Source of the DNA: an uncultured Acidobacteriota bacterium
Lineage (GTDB): Bacteria; Acidobacteriota; Thermoanaerobaculia; Multivoradales; SZUA-115
DNA: 64,000 nt
NCBI GenBank assembly: GCA_963805975.1
Contig: CAWDVR010000003.1
Coordinates: forward strand, 512,001 to 576,000
Reading direction: 5' to 3'
In this document: one piece after another, positions 42,417 to 51,481 of the stretch
Layout: the number at the start of each line of letters is the position of its first letter
Numbering within the stretch: the stretch's first letter is position 1
The notes under the pieces: model-generated
What the model saw: only the letters and a program-made list of their open reading frames with translations
What the model was told of the DNA's origin: nothing
Databases searched by the model: none
Translations under genes and position numbers: made by a program

Positions 42417-42445
42417 TTGACTTGGAAGACATTTGTCCATACATT
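42417..42445 (+). promoter_or_regulatory. Leaderless brnTA promoter with a palindromic operator
   Basis: TTGACT-N17-TACATT, 7 nt before GTG 42453; GACATTTGTC inverted repeat in the spacer. Confidence 0.65.
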
Positions 42446-42452
42446 CCTCCGT

Positions 42453-42731
42453 GTGCGGATCGAGTGGGACCCCGCCAAGGCGGAGGCCAACCTCCGGGCT
42501 CATGGGGTGCCGTTCTCCGAGGCGGCAACCGTTTTGGTGGACGAGGTTGGTCTGACGCGGGAGGATCCGGCCGCCGAGGGCGAGCAGCGATTCGTGACTT
42601 TGGGTTGCAGTGATCTCGGAGATCTTCTGGTGGTGATCCACACGTTTCGCGAGCCCGATACCGTGCGCATCATCTCCGCCTGGAAAGCCAATCGACGGCA
42701 GAGGTCAGAGTATGAAAAAGGCCATCGCTGA
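42453..42731 (+). CDS. brnT: BrnT-family toxin
   Basis: IEWDPAKAEANLRAHGVPFSEA, GEQRFVTLG, VRIISAWKA. Confidence 0.92.
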   Translation: MRIEWDPAKAEANLRAHGVPFSEAATVLVDEVGLTREDPAAEGEQRFVTLGCSDLGDLLVVIHTFREPDTVRIISAWKANRRQRSEYEKGHR

Positions 42732-43026
42732 GCCGTATCGCGATATTGACTTCTCCCATGCCCGGCGTGGGCCGGTCATCCGGCCGGAGCCGGGGAAGAC
42801 CAAGGTGTCGATCCGCCTCGACAAGCGCGTGCTCGATCACTTCCGTGCGATGGTGGAGAAGGCGGGTGGGGGGAACTATCAAACGCTGATCAACAATGCG
42901 CTGGTGGCCCACATCAATCAGGAGTCCATGGTCGAAGCAGTTCGCAAGGTCGTCCGCGAGGAGCTGGGGAATAAGGCAAAGGCAACCCACCGCGCCGCGC
43001 GGCCGAAGGTGGCGATCGGAGCCTAG
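42712..43026 (+). CDS. brnA: BrnA-family antitoxin
   Basis: IDFSHARRG, KTKVSIRLD...VLDHFR...NYQTLINNAL. Confidence 0.9.
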   Translation: MKKAIAEPYRDIDFSHARRGPVIRPEPGKTKVSIRLDKRVLDHFRAMVEKAGGGNYQTLINNALVAHINQESMVEAVRKVVREELGNKAKATHRAARPKVAIGA

Positions 43027-46000
43027 CGGCCGGGGATCGAGTATCGACATTCCCCCACCTCCGCCACCAGCTCTTCGAGCGAGCGGGTGGAGGCGGGGAG
43101 GGGTGCCAGGTCCAGCTCCGTGGCGAGCCGGGCGGCGGTTTCGCGGCTCTCGCGGGTGGCGGCCGGATGCGCGGCGGCCGCGGCGAGGATCTCTCGCGCC
43201 GTGGCCGTGGCGCCTCCTTTCGCCACCAGCGGCACCGCGGCCACCAGTGCCGCGAGCACGTGCGGTGTGGTCTTGAGGTCGCTCGCGACCGCGAGCGCCG
43301 CCTGAAGGTGCTCCCAAGCCTCGCTCTCCGCACCGCGCCGCGCCGAGACCTGGCCGAGACCGATCAAGGAGACCAGCGCACCGCGCCGGTCGCCGATCTT
43401 GCGGCAGAGGCGCAGGCTCTCGCCCAGGTAGGAAGCCGCCTCGTCGAGCTCGCCCGCCTTTTCCGCCATCGCACCGAGCCTTTGCAGCGACAGCGCGATG
43501 CCCCATTGGTCCTCCACCTGGCGTGAGGTGGCGAGGCCTTCCTCGAAGAGCCGCCGGGCTTCCTGGTGACGGCCGGAGAGGAACGCGATGCGGGCGAGCC
43601 CGAGGAGCATGCGCGCGATCATCCGGCGGTCCCCCAGCTCGCGGAAGAGGTCGAGGCTCTCTTCGAGGAGGGGAAGGGCCTCGAGATACTGGCCGCTGCC
43701 GTAGGCCATCTCGCCCAGCGAGTGGAGCGCGAGCGCCCTCGCCCAGCGGTGCCGGGTGGAGGAGAGGAGATCCACCGCCTCCTCAAAGCAGCGCAGGGCC
43801 GTGCCGTAGTCGCCCAGCACCTTGCTCGACAGGCCGACCCCGATCAGCGCGAAGCCGTGGTCCGGTGTGGACGCGATGGCCGCGGCTGTGGCCCGCGCTT
43901 CGCGGAAGAGGGTGCGTGCACCCTCGTAGTCACCGAGCCGGAACGCGAAGGAGGCGCGGCCCACGGTGCAGCGGGCGAGGGCGCACCGCGCCGTCCGCTG
44001 CTCATCTTCGGGCGCGATCCGCTCGCCGAGGCCCTTGCACGCGGCGTCGAAGGCGGAAGCCCCCTCCTGGAACCAGCCGCGAAGCTCGTAGAAGTCGAAC
44101 AGCGCCTCGGCGGCCCGCAGCAGCTCGTCGTGGCGGCCACGCGCGGCGGCGAAGCGCCAGGCGGCGCGCACGTTCTCGAGCTCGCCGGCGATCTCCTCCA
44201 GCGCCTGCCGCTGGCGGTCGCCGCGGAGCGCGGTCGCTCGTTCCGCCAGCCACGCCGTGTAGTGGTCGGCGTGACGCTCGGCGGCGCGCTCGGCCTCCTC
44301 GGGAAGGCCGGCGAGCTTCTCCGCTCCGCACTGGCGCAGCAGCTCGTGGACCTCGTAGCGCCCGCCGGCCGCCGGCTTGACGAACGACTTGTCGGCAAGG
44401 GCGGCGAGGAGAGGGAGAGCGGCGCCCGCCACCTCTTCGGCCGCGGCGCGGCCGAAGCCGCCGCGAAAGACGCTCGCCTGCCGGAAGGCCCGGCGCTCGT
44501 CGTCGTCGAGGTGAAGCCAGGACTCCTCGAACACCGCTCGCATGCTGCGGTGGCGCTCCGGCGCGTCACGGCGGGTGGTGGCGAGGAGGTCGAGGCCGGC
44601 GGCGATCTCGCTCCCGATGTCGGCCAGCGGCAGCACCCGCACCCAGGGCGCCGCGAGCTCCAGGGCGAGAGGCATGCCGCGGGTGAGCCGGCAGAGGCGC
44701 AGCACCTCCTGCAGGTCCTCGGGGCTCGAGGCGACGTCGGGCCGCACCTTGCGTGCGTGCGCGAGGAAGAGCCGCACCGCGCCGTAGGCCGTGGGATCGC
44801 CCGCCTCCTCCGTCTCGGGGAAGTCCAGTCCCTCGACCTCGAAGCTCCACTCGGGCTCGATGGCGAGCCGCTCGCGCGAGGTCACCAGGAGCTTGACCGA
44901 CGGCGCCTGGCGCAGGATCTCGCCGAGCAGGTCGATGCCGCCGAGCAGGTGCTCGAAGTTGTCCAGCACCAGGAGGAGCCGCAGCTCGCAGAGCACCGCC
45001 AGCAGCTCGGCGCGCGGATCGCGGTCGCCGGGGATGGCGAGGCCCAGGGCGTTGGCGATCGCCGGCACCAGCAGCTCGGGCCCGGCCACGGCGGCGAGGG
45101 GCACCGCCACCACGCCGTCGGCAAAGGCGGTGCGTGCGGACTCCGCGGCCTTCGCGGCGAGCCGCGTCTTGCCGATCCCGCCGGGGCCGAGGAGGGTCAG
45201 CAGCCGGCAGGCGCGGGTCGCGGTCAGCAGCTCGCCCAGAGACCGGAGCTCGGCGGCGCGGCCGACGAAGCCGTCCTCTTCCGAGGGCATGAGAGGGTCG
45301 TGCGCGCGGCTCTCGACCGTGCCGGAGTCGCCGGCCGGCGAACCGGCCAGGAGGCCAGGGTCCTGGAGGCCAGGGCCGGGGACGGTCGGGGTCGGCAGCC
45401 GTCCGGATCGGATCTCCTCGTAGAGGGCCACCGTCGCCGGTAGGGGTGGCGCGCCCAGCTCCTCGTCGAGCAGCCGCAGGCACTCCCGGTACTGCCGCAG
45501 GGCCGCGCTCCGCCGGCCGGTCCAGGCCAGCAGGCGCATCAGGTGGCAGTGCGCCGTCTCGCTCGAGGCATCGAGCGCGACCCAGCGCCGGGCGTAGGCC
45601 ACCGCCTTGTCCCAGGGGCCGTGCTCAGTGTGATGGCAGACCAGGCGCTCGTGTGCGGCCAGGGCCTCGGCACGCAGGCGGTCCGCCTCGCCGAGCAACC
45701 AGTGATCGAACCCGGGGCTGTCCTTGAGCGAGAAGCCGGCCAGCAGATCGCCGCGATACAGCTCGACCGCCTCGGCCAGCGAGCCGGCGCCGGCCGCGCA
45801 GGGCTCGTTGCCGGGGTGGCCGTGCTGCCGGCAGGCGCCGGTCATCCGGCCGAGCTCGGCGACGTCCGTCCAGCAGCCGGGCGTTTCCTGGCGCAGGCCC
45901 ACGGTCTCCTGATCCGTGTCCAGCCACTCCGGCCCCGCGCTCTGGCGGATCGCGGCCAGCGTGCGGCGCAGGGCGCCGCGGGCCTGCGCGGCGCCGGACT

Positions 46001-46160
46001 CGGGCCACAGCAGCGCGGCGAGCGAGTCGCGCCGGTGGGCGTGGCCGGTCACCGCCAGGTAGGCGAGGAGCGCGGTGGCCTTGCGGGTATCGAACTCTAC
46101 GGCCCGGCCGTCGCGCTCGATGCGCGGCGGGCCGAGGAGGTACAGGGCGAGGGAGGGCAT
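43023..46160 (-). CDS. AfsR/SARP-like activator: wHTH-BTAD + STAND ATPase + TPR
   Basis: LYLLGPP...KATALLAYLA...LLWPE, LYRGDLLAG, ETAHCHLMRL; FVGR...GPGGIGKTRLA, LLVLDNFEHL, VTSRE, GMPLALELAA; C-terminal TPRs. Confidence 0.9.
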   Translation of the reverse strand: MPSLALYLLGPPRIERDGRAVEFDTRKATALLAYLAVTGHAHRRDSLAALLWPESGAAQARGALRRTLAAIRQSAGPEWLDTDQETVGLRQETPGCWTDVAELGRMTGACRQHGHPGNEPCAAGAGSLAEAVELYRGDLLAGFSLKDSPGFDHWLLGEADRLRAEALAAHERLVCHHTEHGPWDKAVAYARRWVALDASSETAHCHLMRLLAWTGRRSAALRQYRECLRLLDEELGAPPLPATVALYEEIRSGRLPTPTVPGPGLQDPGLLAGSPAGDSGTVESRAHDPLMPSEEDGFVGRAAELRSLGELLTATRACRLLTLLGPGGIGKTRLAAKAAESARTAFADGVVAVPLAAVAGPELLVPAIANALGLAIPGDRDPRAELLAVLCELRLLLVLDNFEHLLGGIDLLGEILRQAPSVKLLVTSRERLAIEPEWSFEVEGLDFPETEEAGDPTAYGAVRLFLAHARKVRPDVASSPEDLQEVLRLCRLTRGMPLALELAAPWVRVLPLADIGSEIAAGLDLLATTRRDAPERHRSMRAVFEESWLHLDDDERRAFRQASVFRGGFGRAAAEEVAGAALPLLAALADKSFVKPAAGGRYEVHELLRQCGAEKLAGLPEEAERAAERHADHYTAWLAERATALRGDRQRQALEEIAGELENVRAAWRFAAARGRHDELLRAAEALFDFYELRGWFQEGASAFDAACKGLGERIAPEDEQRTARCALARCTVGRASFAFRLGDYEGARTLFREARATAAAIASTPDHGFALIGVGLSSKVLGDYGTALRCFEEAVDLLSSTRHRWARALALHSLGEMAYGSGQYLEALPLLEESLDLFRELGDRRMIARMLLGLARIAFLSGRHQEARRLFEEGLATSRQVEDQWGIALSLQRLGAMAEKAGELDEAASYLGESLRLCRKIGDRRGALVSLIGLGQVSARRGAESEAWEHLQAALAVASDLKTTPHVLAALVAAVPLVAKGGATATAREILAAAAAHPAATRESRETAARLATELDLAPLPASTRSLEELVAEVGECRYSIPGR

Positions 46161-46238
46161 CCCGTCTTTCACGCAGTGTGCCAGCAAGACGCCCCGGTAT
46201 GTAGCCCGGTGCGCAAGAAAGGTTCACCGGGGGCCGCT

Positions 46239-46285
46239 CTCGTAACGCTCTCCGCACACCCTCGTAACACCCCACCCCCTACGCT
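46239..46285 (+). promoter_or_regulatory. Direct repeats CTCGTAAC (22-bp spacing) upstream of a -10 TACGCT; candidate BTAD/SARP binding site
   Basis: CTCGTAAC at 46239-46246 and 46261-46268; TACGCT at 46280-46285. Confidence 0.55.
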
Positions 46286-46362
46286 CGCGGCCAGACGGGA
46301 ACTGCGACCGCCGGATCCGGCGGGCGGAGAGCGGTCCCCGAACCACACTACGGAGATTCGAG

Positions 46363-46790
46363 ATGAGACCGAGACAGACCCGATGCCTCCTGGCGGCGCT
46401 CCTCCTGGCCGCGGCCCCCTCCCTCGCGGCGGACGAGCTCGGCGTGCCGATCAGCAGGGACAGGGCGCCGACTACGAGGAGTACACCTGGGACCAGAGCT
46501 ACATCTACCTGATCCGCGACACGAGCTGGCAGCAGGAGCACTGGTGCGACGGCCAGGAGACGAGCTTCGAGCTATGGAACGGAGGGGTCAACCGCGGGGC
46601 GCGCTTTCCGGACGTGATGCGTGTCCGCATCACCGGTGGCGTGGGCACGGGCGAGACCTACTACTTCACGAAGACGCTGGGCTTCGTGGTCTACGCCGCC
46701 GCCGCGGGCCTCGAGGAGGTGGAGGCGCGGGTCTACTGGCACGACCGCGCCTACATCAAGCACGGCCAGATGCGCATCTGCGAGCAGTGA
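46363..46790 (+). pseudogene. Small secreted protein, frame-disrupted near 46460
   Basis: ATG 46363 after GGAG gives signal peptide MRPRQTRCLLAALLLAAAPSLAA. Coding-like text continues in another frame (DYEEYTWDQSYIYLIRDTSW...GETYYFTKTLGFV). Confidence 0.55.
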
Positions 46791-46854
46791 TCTCGGCCAC
46801 TCGACACCGGCCGCCGCTCACGCCGCGGCGCGCCGGTGGTAGCCTCCCCGCCCA

Positions 46855-48378
46855 GTGCCCCCGAGTACGAGGTCCGTCGCCGGCCACTACGTGGCCCTGG
46901 CAGCCTGTGTGCTGTTCGCGGCCGCGCTGTTCTTCGTCGCCGGCCGCCGGTCGAGCTACCTCGACATCGACTCCGGGCCCTACCTCTCGATGGCCCATCA
47001 CACGATGACCAGCGGGGTACCCCGGTCGAGCTTCCAGTTCGTGGACGGTGCGCCGCACCTGCCGTCGCTCGCCGGCTTCGTGCCGCCGGTGCTGGGGTTC
47101 GCGGTAGGCGTCGCGGCCCTGCCCTCGGGGAACGTGATGACCGGGGTGAAGACGGTCCTGTTGCTGGCGCTGGTGGTGACGGCCCTGGCCTCGTTCCTCT
47201 ACGTGCGCCGCTTCGCCTCGCCCTGGGTGGCGGTGGCGGCGTCCGGGCTGCTGGTGACCTCGCCGGTGATCGAGCCCTTCGAGGCGCTGGCGCTCTCGGA
47301 AGTGCCCTTCGTGGCGGCGGTGCTCCTGGCGCTCCTCGCCGCTGCCCGGGTGCTGGAGGAGCCGGGAAGCTCCCGGCGCTGGCTGCTGCTCACCCTGGCC
47401 GCGGGCCTGGTGCCCATGGTGCGCTATCTGGGGATCTTCTTCGTGCCCGGCTTCCTGGCGGCGTTCCTCGCCGCGGGTGAGCGCCGGCGGGACTGGCGGC
47501 GCCACGCGCTGCCGCTCGCCCTTTTCGCGACGTTCGCCTACCTGCCGCTCTCGCTCTGGGCGCTCGTGCTCCTGCGGCTCGATACGCCCATGCTGCCGTT
47601 GCGACCTCCGGCCGAGCTCGGCATCGCGACGGCCTGGGCCGGGGCCGCGGGGTATCTGCTGTCGTGGTGCTGGCCGTATCTCGCGGCGGCCACGGTGCTG
47701 TGGCTGCTGGCCAGGCTCACCTCTCGGCGGTGGGGCGCTGCGCCGGAGACCGAGGTGGCGGGCGTCGATCCAATCCGCCTCCCGGCGCTTCTTCTGCTGG
47801 CCTACCTGGCGGTACTGATCGCCGCCCGCACCCGCAGCTTCTACTATCCGCCGGAGGAGATCGGCTTTCGCTTCATGGTCCCTGCCTGGCCGCTCGCGCT
47901 GCTCACCGGGACCGCGGCCTTCTGCCGCTGGGTATGGAGCCGGCGCACGCGGGCGACGAGCGCGGCGGCGGCGCTGGCCTGCGGCGCGGCCCTGGCATTC
48001 GGTGTGGCGCAGGCCGCGGCGCTGCGCCTGCCCGAGACTTTCCCGGCCGGCACGGCCACTCTGGCGGCGGCGGTGGCCGCGCTGCCGGAGGACGGCGTGG
48101 TGCTGGCGAACTTTGGGCAATCGCTGGCGGCGCACCGGCCGCGGGTGTCCGTGCTGGGCCTGCCCTCGAAGGAGGACTTCCTCTACGACCTCGACCTGCC
48201 GGCGCTGGTCGAGCAGCAGCACGTGAGCTGGATCGTGCTCTGGGCGCTGCCGGACATGGAGCAGCTCTACGGTCCGGAGGTGGCGGCCTGGCTCGAGCGG
48301 CCGCCCCGCGGCTTGACCGTGCTCGGCCGCGCTCGCCTGGCCGACGGCGTGATCTACGAGGTGGCCGGAGCGCGGTAG
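46855..48378 (+). CDS. Multi-pass GT-C-like (ArnT/PMT-like) membrane protein
   Basis: DSGPYLSMA in the first loop, LSEVPF, VRYLG, RFMVP; many TM helices plus a soluble C-terminal domain. Confidence 0.65.
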   Translation: MPPSTRSVAGHYVALAACVLFAAALFFVAGRRSSYLDIDSGPYLSMAHHTMTSGVPRSSFQFVDGAPHLPSLAGFVPPVLGFAVGVAALPSGNVMTGVKTVLLLALVVTALASFLYVRRFASPWVAVAASGLLVTSPVIEPFEALALSEVPFVAAVLLALLAAARVLEEPGSSRRWLLLTLAAGLVPMVRYLGIFFVPGFLAAFLAAGERRRDWRRHALPLALFATFAYLPLSLWALVLLRLDTPMLPLRPPAELGIATAWAGAAGYLLSWCWPYLAAATVLWLLARLTSRRWGAAPETEVAGVDPIRLPALLLLAYLAVLIAARTRSFYYPPEEIGFRFMVPAWPLALLTGTAAFCRWVWSRRTRATSAAAALACGAALAFGVAQAAALRLPETFPAGTATLAAAVAALPEDGVVLANFGQSLAAHRPRVSVLGLPSKEDFLYDLDLPALVEQQHVSWIVLWALPDMEQLYGPEVAAWLERPPRGLTVLGRARLADGVIYEVAGAR

Positions 48379-48398
48379 GAGAAGGAGCCGCCTGGCGG

Positions 48399-49421
48399 CT
48401 AGGGAGGCGAGGCGACGCTCGCCGGCGGCGGCACGCGGGCGGGCGCGTCGGAGCCGTCCTGCATGAGGTAGAAGACCAGGCCGGCGACCAGGAGGAGAGT
48501 GACGATCAGCGCGGCCAGAAAGAAGCCCGGGAACTTCACCCCGTTCGCCGGGCTGCCCGGGCTGCCGAGCAGGCGGCGCGTGGTGCGGGTCAGGCCCTCG
48601 ATCTCGGCGGCCAGGCGCAGCCGGTTCTCCTGCTCCAGGCGGTCGATGTCGGCGAGCAGCGCGCGGGCGCTCGCATAGCGCTGGTTGCGGTCCTGGGCCA
48701 GGAGCTTGAGGACGATGGGATCGAGCTCGGAGGGCAGGTCGGCGACGAGCTGGCTCGGGAGCGCGATGCGGCCGGAGGGAGCGCGGCCGGTCAGCATCTC
48801 GTAGAACAGGACGCCCAGCGAGTAGAGGTCGGCGCGCGCGTCGGCCGGCGCAGTGCCGTGGGCCACCTCGGGCGAGGCGTAGTGCACGTTGCCGACCGTC
48901 ATCTGGCCGGTGGTGATGGTGCCTTCTCCCACCTTGGCGCTGTCCAGGCGGCCGCTGCCGAAATCGGCGATCTTGACGATCGAAAGATCGTCCGAGACCA
49001 GGACGTTCTTCGGCTTCAGGTTGCCGTGGAGCGCGCCCAGGTCGTGGGCGTAGGCGAGGCCCTGGGCGACGCCCTTGACCACGGTCAAGGTCTCCGGCAG
49101 GGACAACCGCCGCTGGCCCAGGAGACGGTCGAGAGAGACGCCCTCGACGTGCTCGTGGGAGACCCACGGATCCTCGCCGTGCATGCCGGAGGCGAGGGTG
49201 CGGGCGACGTTGGGATGCGCGAGGTTCTTCGCCCGCTCGCCGTCGGCGAGGAAGCGTTCGGCGGCAGCCGCGTTGCCGCGCAGCTTCGGGCCGCCCATCT
49301 TGAGCGCCACGAGCTGGCCGGTCCGCGGATCCCGAGCCTTGAGCACGCTCGCCAGGTTGCCCTTGGCGATCGTGCCCTCGACCTCGTAGGGGCCGATCGA
49401 AAGCACAGGCTGTTCAGACAT
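48399..49421 (-). CDS. Membrane-anchored Hanks-type Ser/Thr kinase-like protein, probable pseudokinase
   Basis: VALK, HPNV, KIADFG, YASPE, DLYSLG and EMLTG present; catalytic loop reads HGNLKPKN; one C-terminal TM helix. Confidence 0.85.
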   Translation of the reverse strand: MSEQPVLSIGPYEVEGTIAKGNLASVLKARDPRTGQLVALKMGGPKLRGNAAAAERFLADGERAKNLAHPNVARTLASGMHGEDPWVSHEHVEGVSLDRLLGQRRLSLPETLTVVKGVAQGLAYAHDLGALHGNLKPKNVLVSDDLSIVKIADFGSGRLDSAKVGEGTITTGQMTVGNVHYASPEVAHGTAPADARADLYSLGVLFYEMLTGRAPSGRIALPSQLVADLPSELDPIVLKLLAQDRNQRYASARALLADIDRLEQENRLRLAAEIEGLTRTTRRLLGSPGSPANGVKFPGFFLAALIVTLLLVAGLVFYLMQDGSDAPARVPPPASVASPP

Positions 49422-50688
49422 CTTGCTCGAAGATTACCACGGTATCACCCACCGAGATGCGGTCGAGATCGGCCAGCGCCTGGGGTGCGGCCAGGGCCTG
49501 GCCGTTGACCTGGGTGCCGTAGCTCGAGCCCAGGTCGCTGGCCACGAAGGAGCGGCCGTCCCACTCGATCTTGAAGTGCTCTTTGGAGGTTTGCGGGTCG
49601 GTGAGCAGGAAGGCGCACGAACGAGAGCGTCCGACGACGACGGCGCCGGCCGCGAAGTCGAAGCTCCGGCCGCGGTCCGGCCCCTCGGCCACGTAGAGGT
49701 GGCCGCCCGGCACCTCGTCGGCCGGGCGGCGCTTGCCGCGCGGCGCCAGCTCGAGCGTGCGGATGGGGTAGGGGATCGAGATGCCGTGCTGCTTGAACGC
49801 CTCCCAGATGCGGCTCCGGGCATCGCTCGCGATGCGCGGCACAGTCGCCATGTCCTCCACCCAGATGCGCAGCTCGTAGGTGATGGCGCTGTCGTCGAAG
49901 GAGAGCAGGAAGACCTCGGGCGTGGGGTTGTCGAGCACGCCGTCCAGGCCCTGGACGCAGTCGATCAGCACCCGCCGCACCCGGTAGGGCGGCGCCTTGT
50001 AGTCGACGCCGACCCGGATGCGCTCGAGGTGCAGCGGATGCGGCCGGTAGTAGTTGAAGAGCTGGTCCTCGGCCATCTTGGCGTTGGGGATGATCAGGTT
50101 GTCGTTGTTGCGGGTACGCAACTGGGTGGTGCGCCAGGTGATGCCGGTCACCCGCCCCTCGGTGTCCCCGATCTTGATCCAGTCGTTGATGCGGAACGGG
50201 CGCTCGGCGGCGATCACCAGGCCGGCGAAGAAGTTGGTCAGGATCGGCTGCAGCGCGAGGCCCAGGACCAGCGAGCCGACGGCGCCGCCGGCGGCGAGCG
50301 CCGTGAGCTTGGTCTCCGGGAAGATCACCCGGAAGATGACCAGGCCGATGACGAAGTAGGCGGCCCAGGTGGCGACGCCGGAGATCATGGTCGGCAGCGT
50401 GACCGCCCGCCGGACCTTCAGGTGATAGTCGAAGAAATAGAGCGCCACCAGGCGCAGGACGAGCGCCACGGGCACGAAGAGCCAGGCCCACAAGATGTAC
50501 TTGCCGAGCTCCTCGGGGTGGGGCACCACCAAGAGGCGAAAGACCTCTCCGGCAGAGGCCAGCGCGGCCAGGAAGAGCGGCGCGGAGAGCTGCCGCACCA
50601 CCTGGAAGCGACGCGCCAGGGCAAGGAGGACGACGGCGGCGACGGCCGCCACCCCGAAAGCGGCGAGAAGCGCGACGGGAGCTTGCAC
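49414..50688 (-). CDS. MscS mechanosensitive channel fused to a C-terminal FHA domain
   Basis: LGLALQPILTNFFAG, PFRINDWI, EGRVTGITWRTT, IIPNA, ISIPYP (MscS); VGRS...DPQTSKEH...DLGSSYGTQVNG...DRISVG (FHA). Confidence 0.9.
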   Translation of the reverse strand: MQAPVALLAAFGVAAVAAVVLLALARRFQVVRQLSAPLFLAALASAGEVFRLLVVPHPEELGKYILWAWLFVPVALVLRLVALYFFDYHLKVRRAVTLPTMISGVATWAAYFVIGLVIFRVIFPETKLTALAAGGAVGSLVLGLALQPILTNFFAGLVIAAERPFRINDWIKIGDTEGRVTGITWRTTQLRTRNNDNLIIPNAKMAEDQLFNYYRPHPLHLERIRVGVDYKAPPYRVRRVLIDCVQGLDGVLDNPTPEVFLLSFDDSAITYELRIWVEDMATVPRIASDARSRIWEAFKQHGISIPYPIRTLELAPRGKRRPADEVPGGHLYVAEGPDRGRSFDFAAGAVVVGRSRSCAFLLTDPQTSKEHFKIEWDGRSFVASDLGSSYGTQVNGQALAAPQALADLDRISVGDTVVIFEQDV

Positions 50689-50778
50689 GGAGGGATCTCT
50701 CTCGAGGGTTCAGAGGGTTGGAGTGGGCGGGAGATTAGCACGGCGCCCGGTGGTAATCGGGCAGGTAGCTCGGGCATC

Positions 50779-51204
50779 TCAGGCGTTTCCCGTGCGCTTC
50801 TGCGCCCGGGGCTTGTTGTAGAGCACCGGCTGGTCTCGAACCTTGCGCAGCACGGCATCTGCAGTGACCAGGGTGCAGTCGTAGACGCGGGCGGTCGCGG
50901 CAATGAAGCGATCCGCCGGATCGCTGGTCGGCACTTCGAGGCGCCGACTCTCGAAGGCCACCGAGAGATTGAGCGGAGCTTCCCGAAGCCCCAGACTGGC
51001 GACCGCCGCGTCGGTCCAGCGGATGGCATCCGGAGACAGGCTGATCCGGCCTCGCTCAGCGAGCAAGGCCAGCTCCCAAGCACTGATCGGCGAGAACCAG
51101 AGCTCGTTGTCGGGAGCGGCGATCTGCTCGGCAATCAGTGGGTTGAGGCGCGCCGGGTCGGCCACGGCCCAGACGAGGATGTGCGTGTCGAGCAGCAGAC
51201 GCAT
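50779..51204 (-). CDS. vapC: VapC PIN-domain toxin
   Basis: LLLDTHILVW, SPISAWEL, DPADRFIAATA, LVTAD. Confidence 0.92.
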   Translation of the reverse strand: MRLLLDTHILVWAVADPARLNPLIAEQIAAPDNELWFSPISAWELALLAERGRISLSPDAIRWTDAAVASLGLREAPLNLSVAFESRRLEVPTSDPADRFIAATARVYDCTLVTADAVLRKVRDQPVLYNKPRAQKRTGNA

Positions 51205-51206
51205 GC

Positions 51207-51446
51207 CTAAACCAGCGACGCCCACTCCTCGAGGGATGCGGCCGGAGCCACGATGTCGCCTTGTATGACCGTCCGATCCGAGAGAGCGCCGAGGACCCGC
51301 TTCGAGGAGGCCAGTGGTGCTGTCGGCACCACGTCGGCGACCGGCCGGCCGAAACGCGTCACCCGGACGGGCTGTCCTGTACGACGGACGCGATCCATTA
51401 CCGACAGGCAGGTCGCCTTGAACTGGGTGATCGGAATGTGATCCAT
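51207..51446 (-). CDS. Phd/YefM-family antitoxin
   Basis: ITQFKATCLSVMDRV...VTRFGRPVA, GDIVAP. Confidence 0.9.
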   Translation of the reverse strand: MDHIPITQFKATCLSVMDRVRRTGQPVRVTRFGRPVADVVPTAPLASSKRVLGALSDRTVIQGDIVAPAASLEEWASLV

Positions 51447-51452
51447 GGGGCG

Positions 51453-51481
51453 ACTCTAGTATGGTCAGAAAGAATGGTCAA
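51453..51481 (-). promoter_or_regulatory. Leaderless promoter with TGACCAT direct repeats
   Basis: TTGACC-N17-TAGAGT, 6 nt before the ATG; TGACCAT twice (51461-51467 and 51474-51480). Confidence 0.65.

Noticed and set aside
43023-46160. STAND-TPR protein as an Avs/NLR antiphage system
   Set aside because: The N-terminus is a wHTH-BTAD transcription activator module, not a nuclease or other effector domain.
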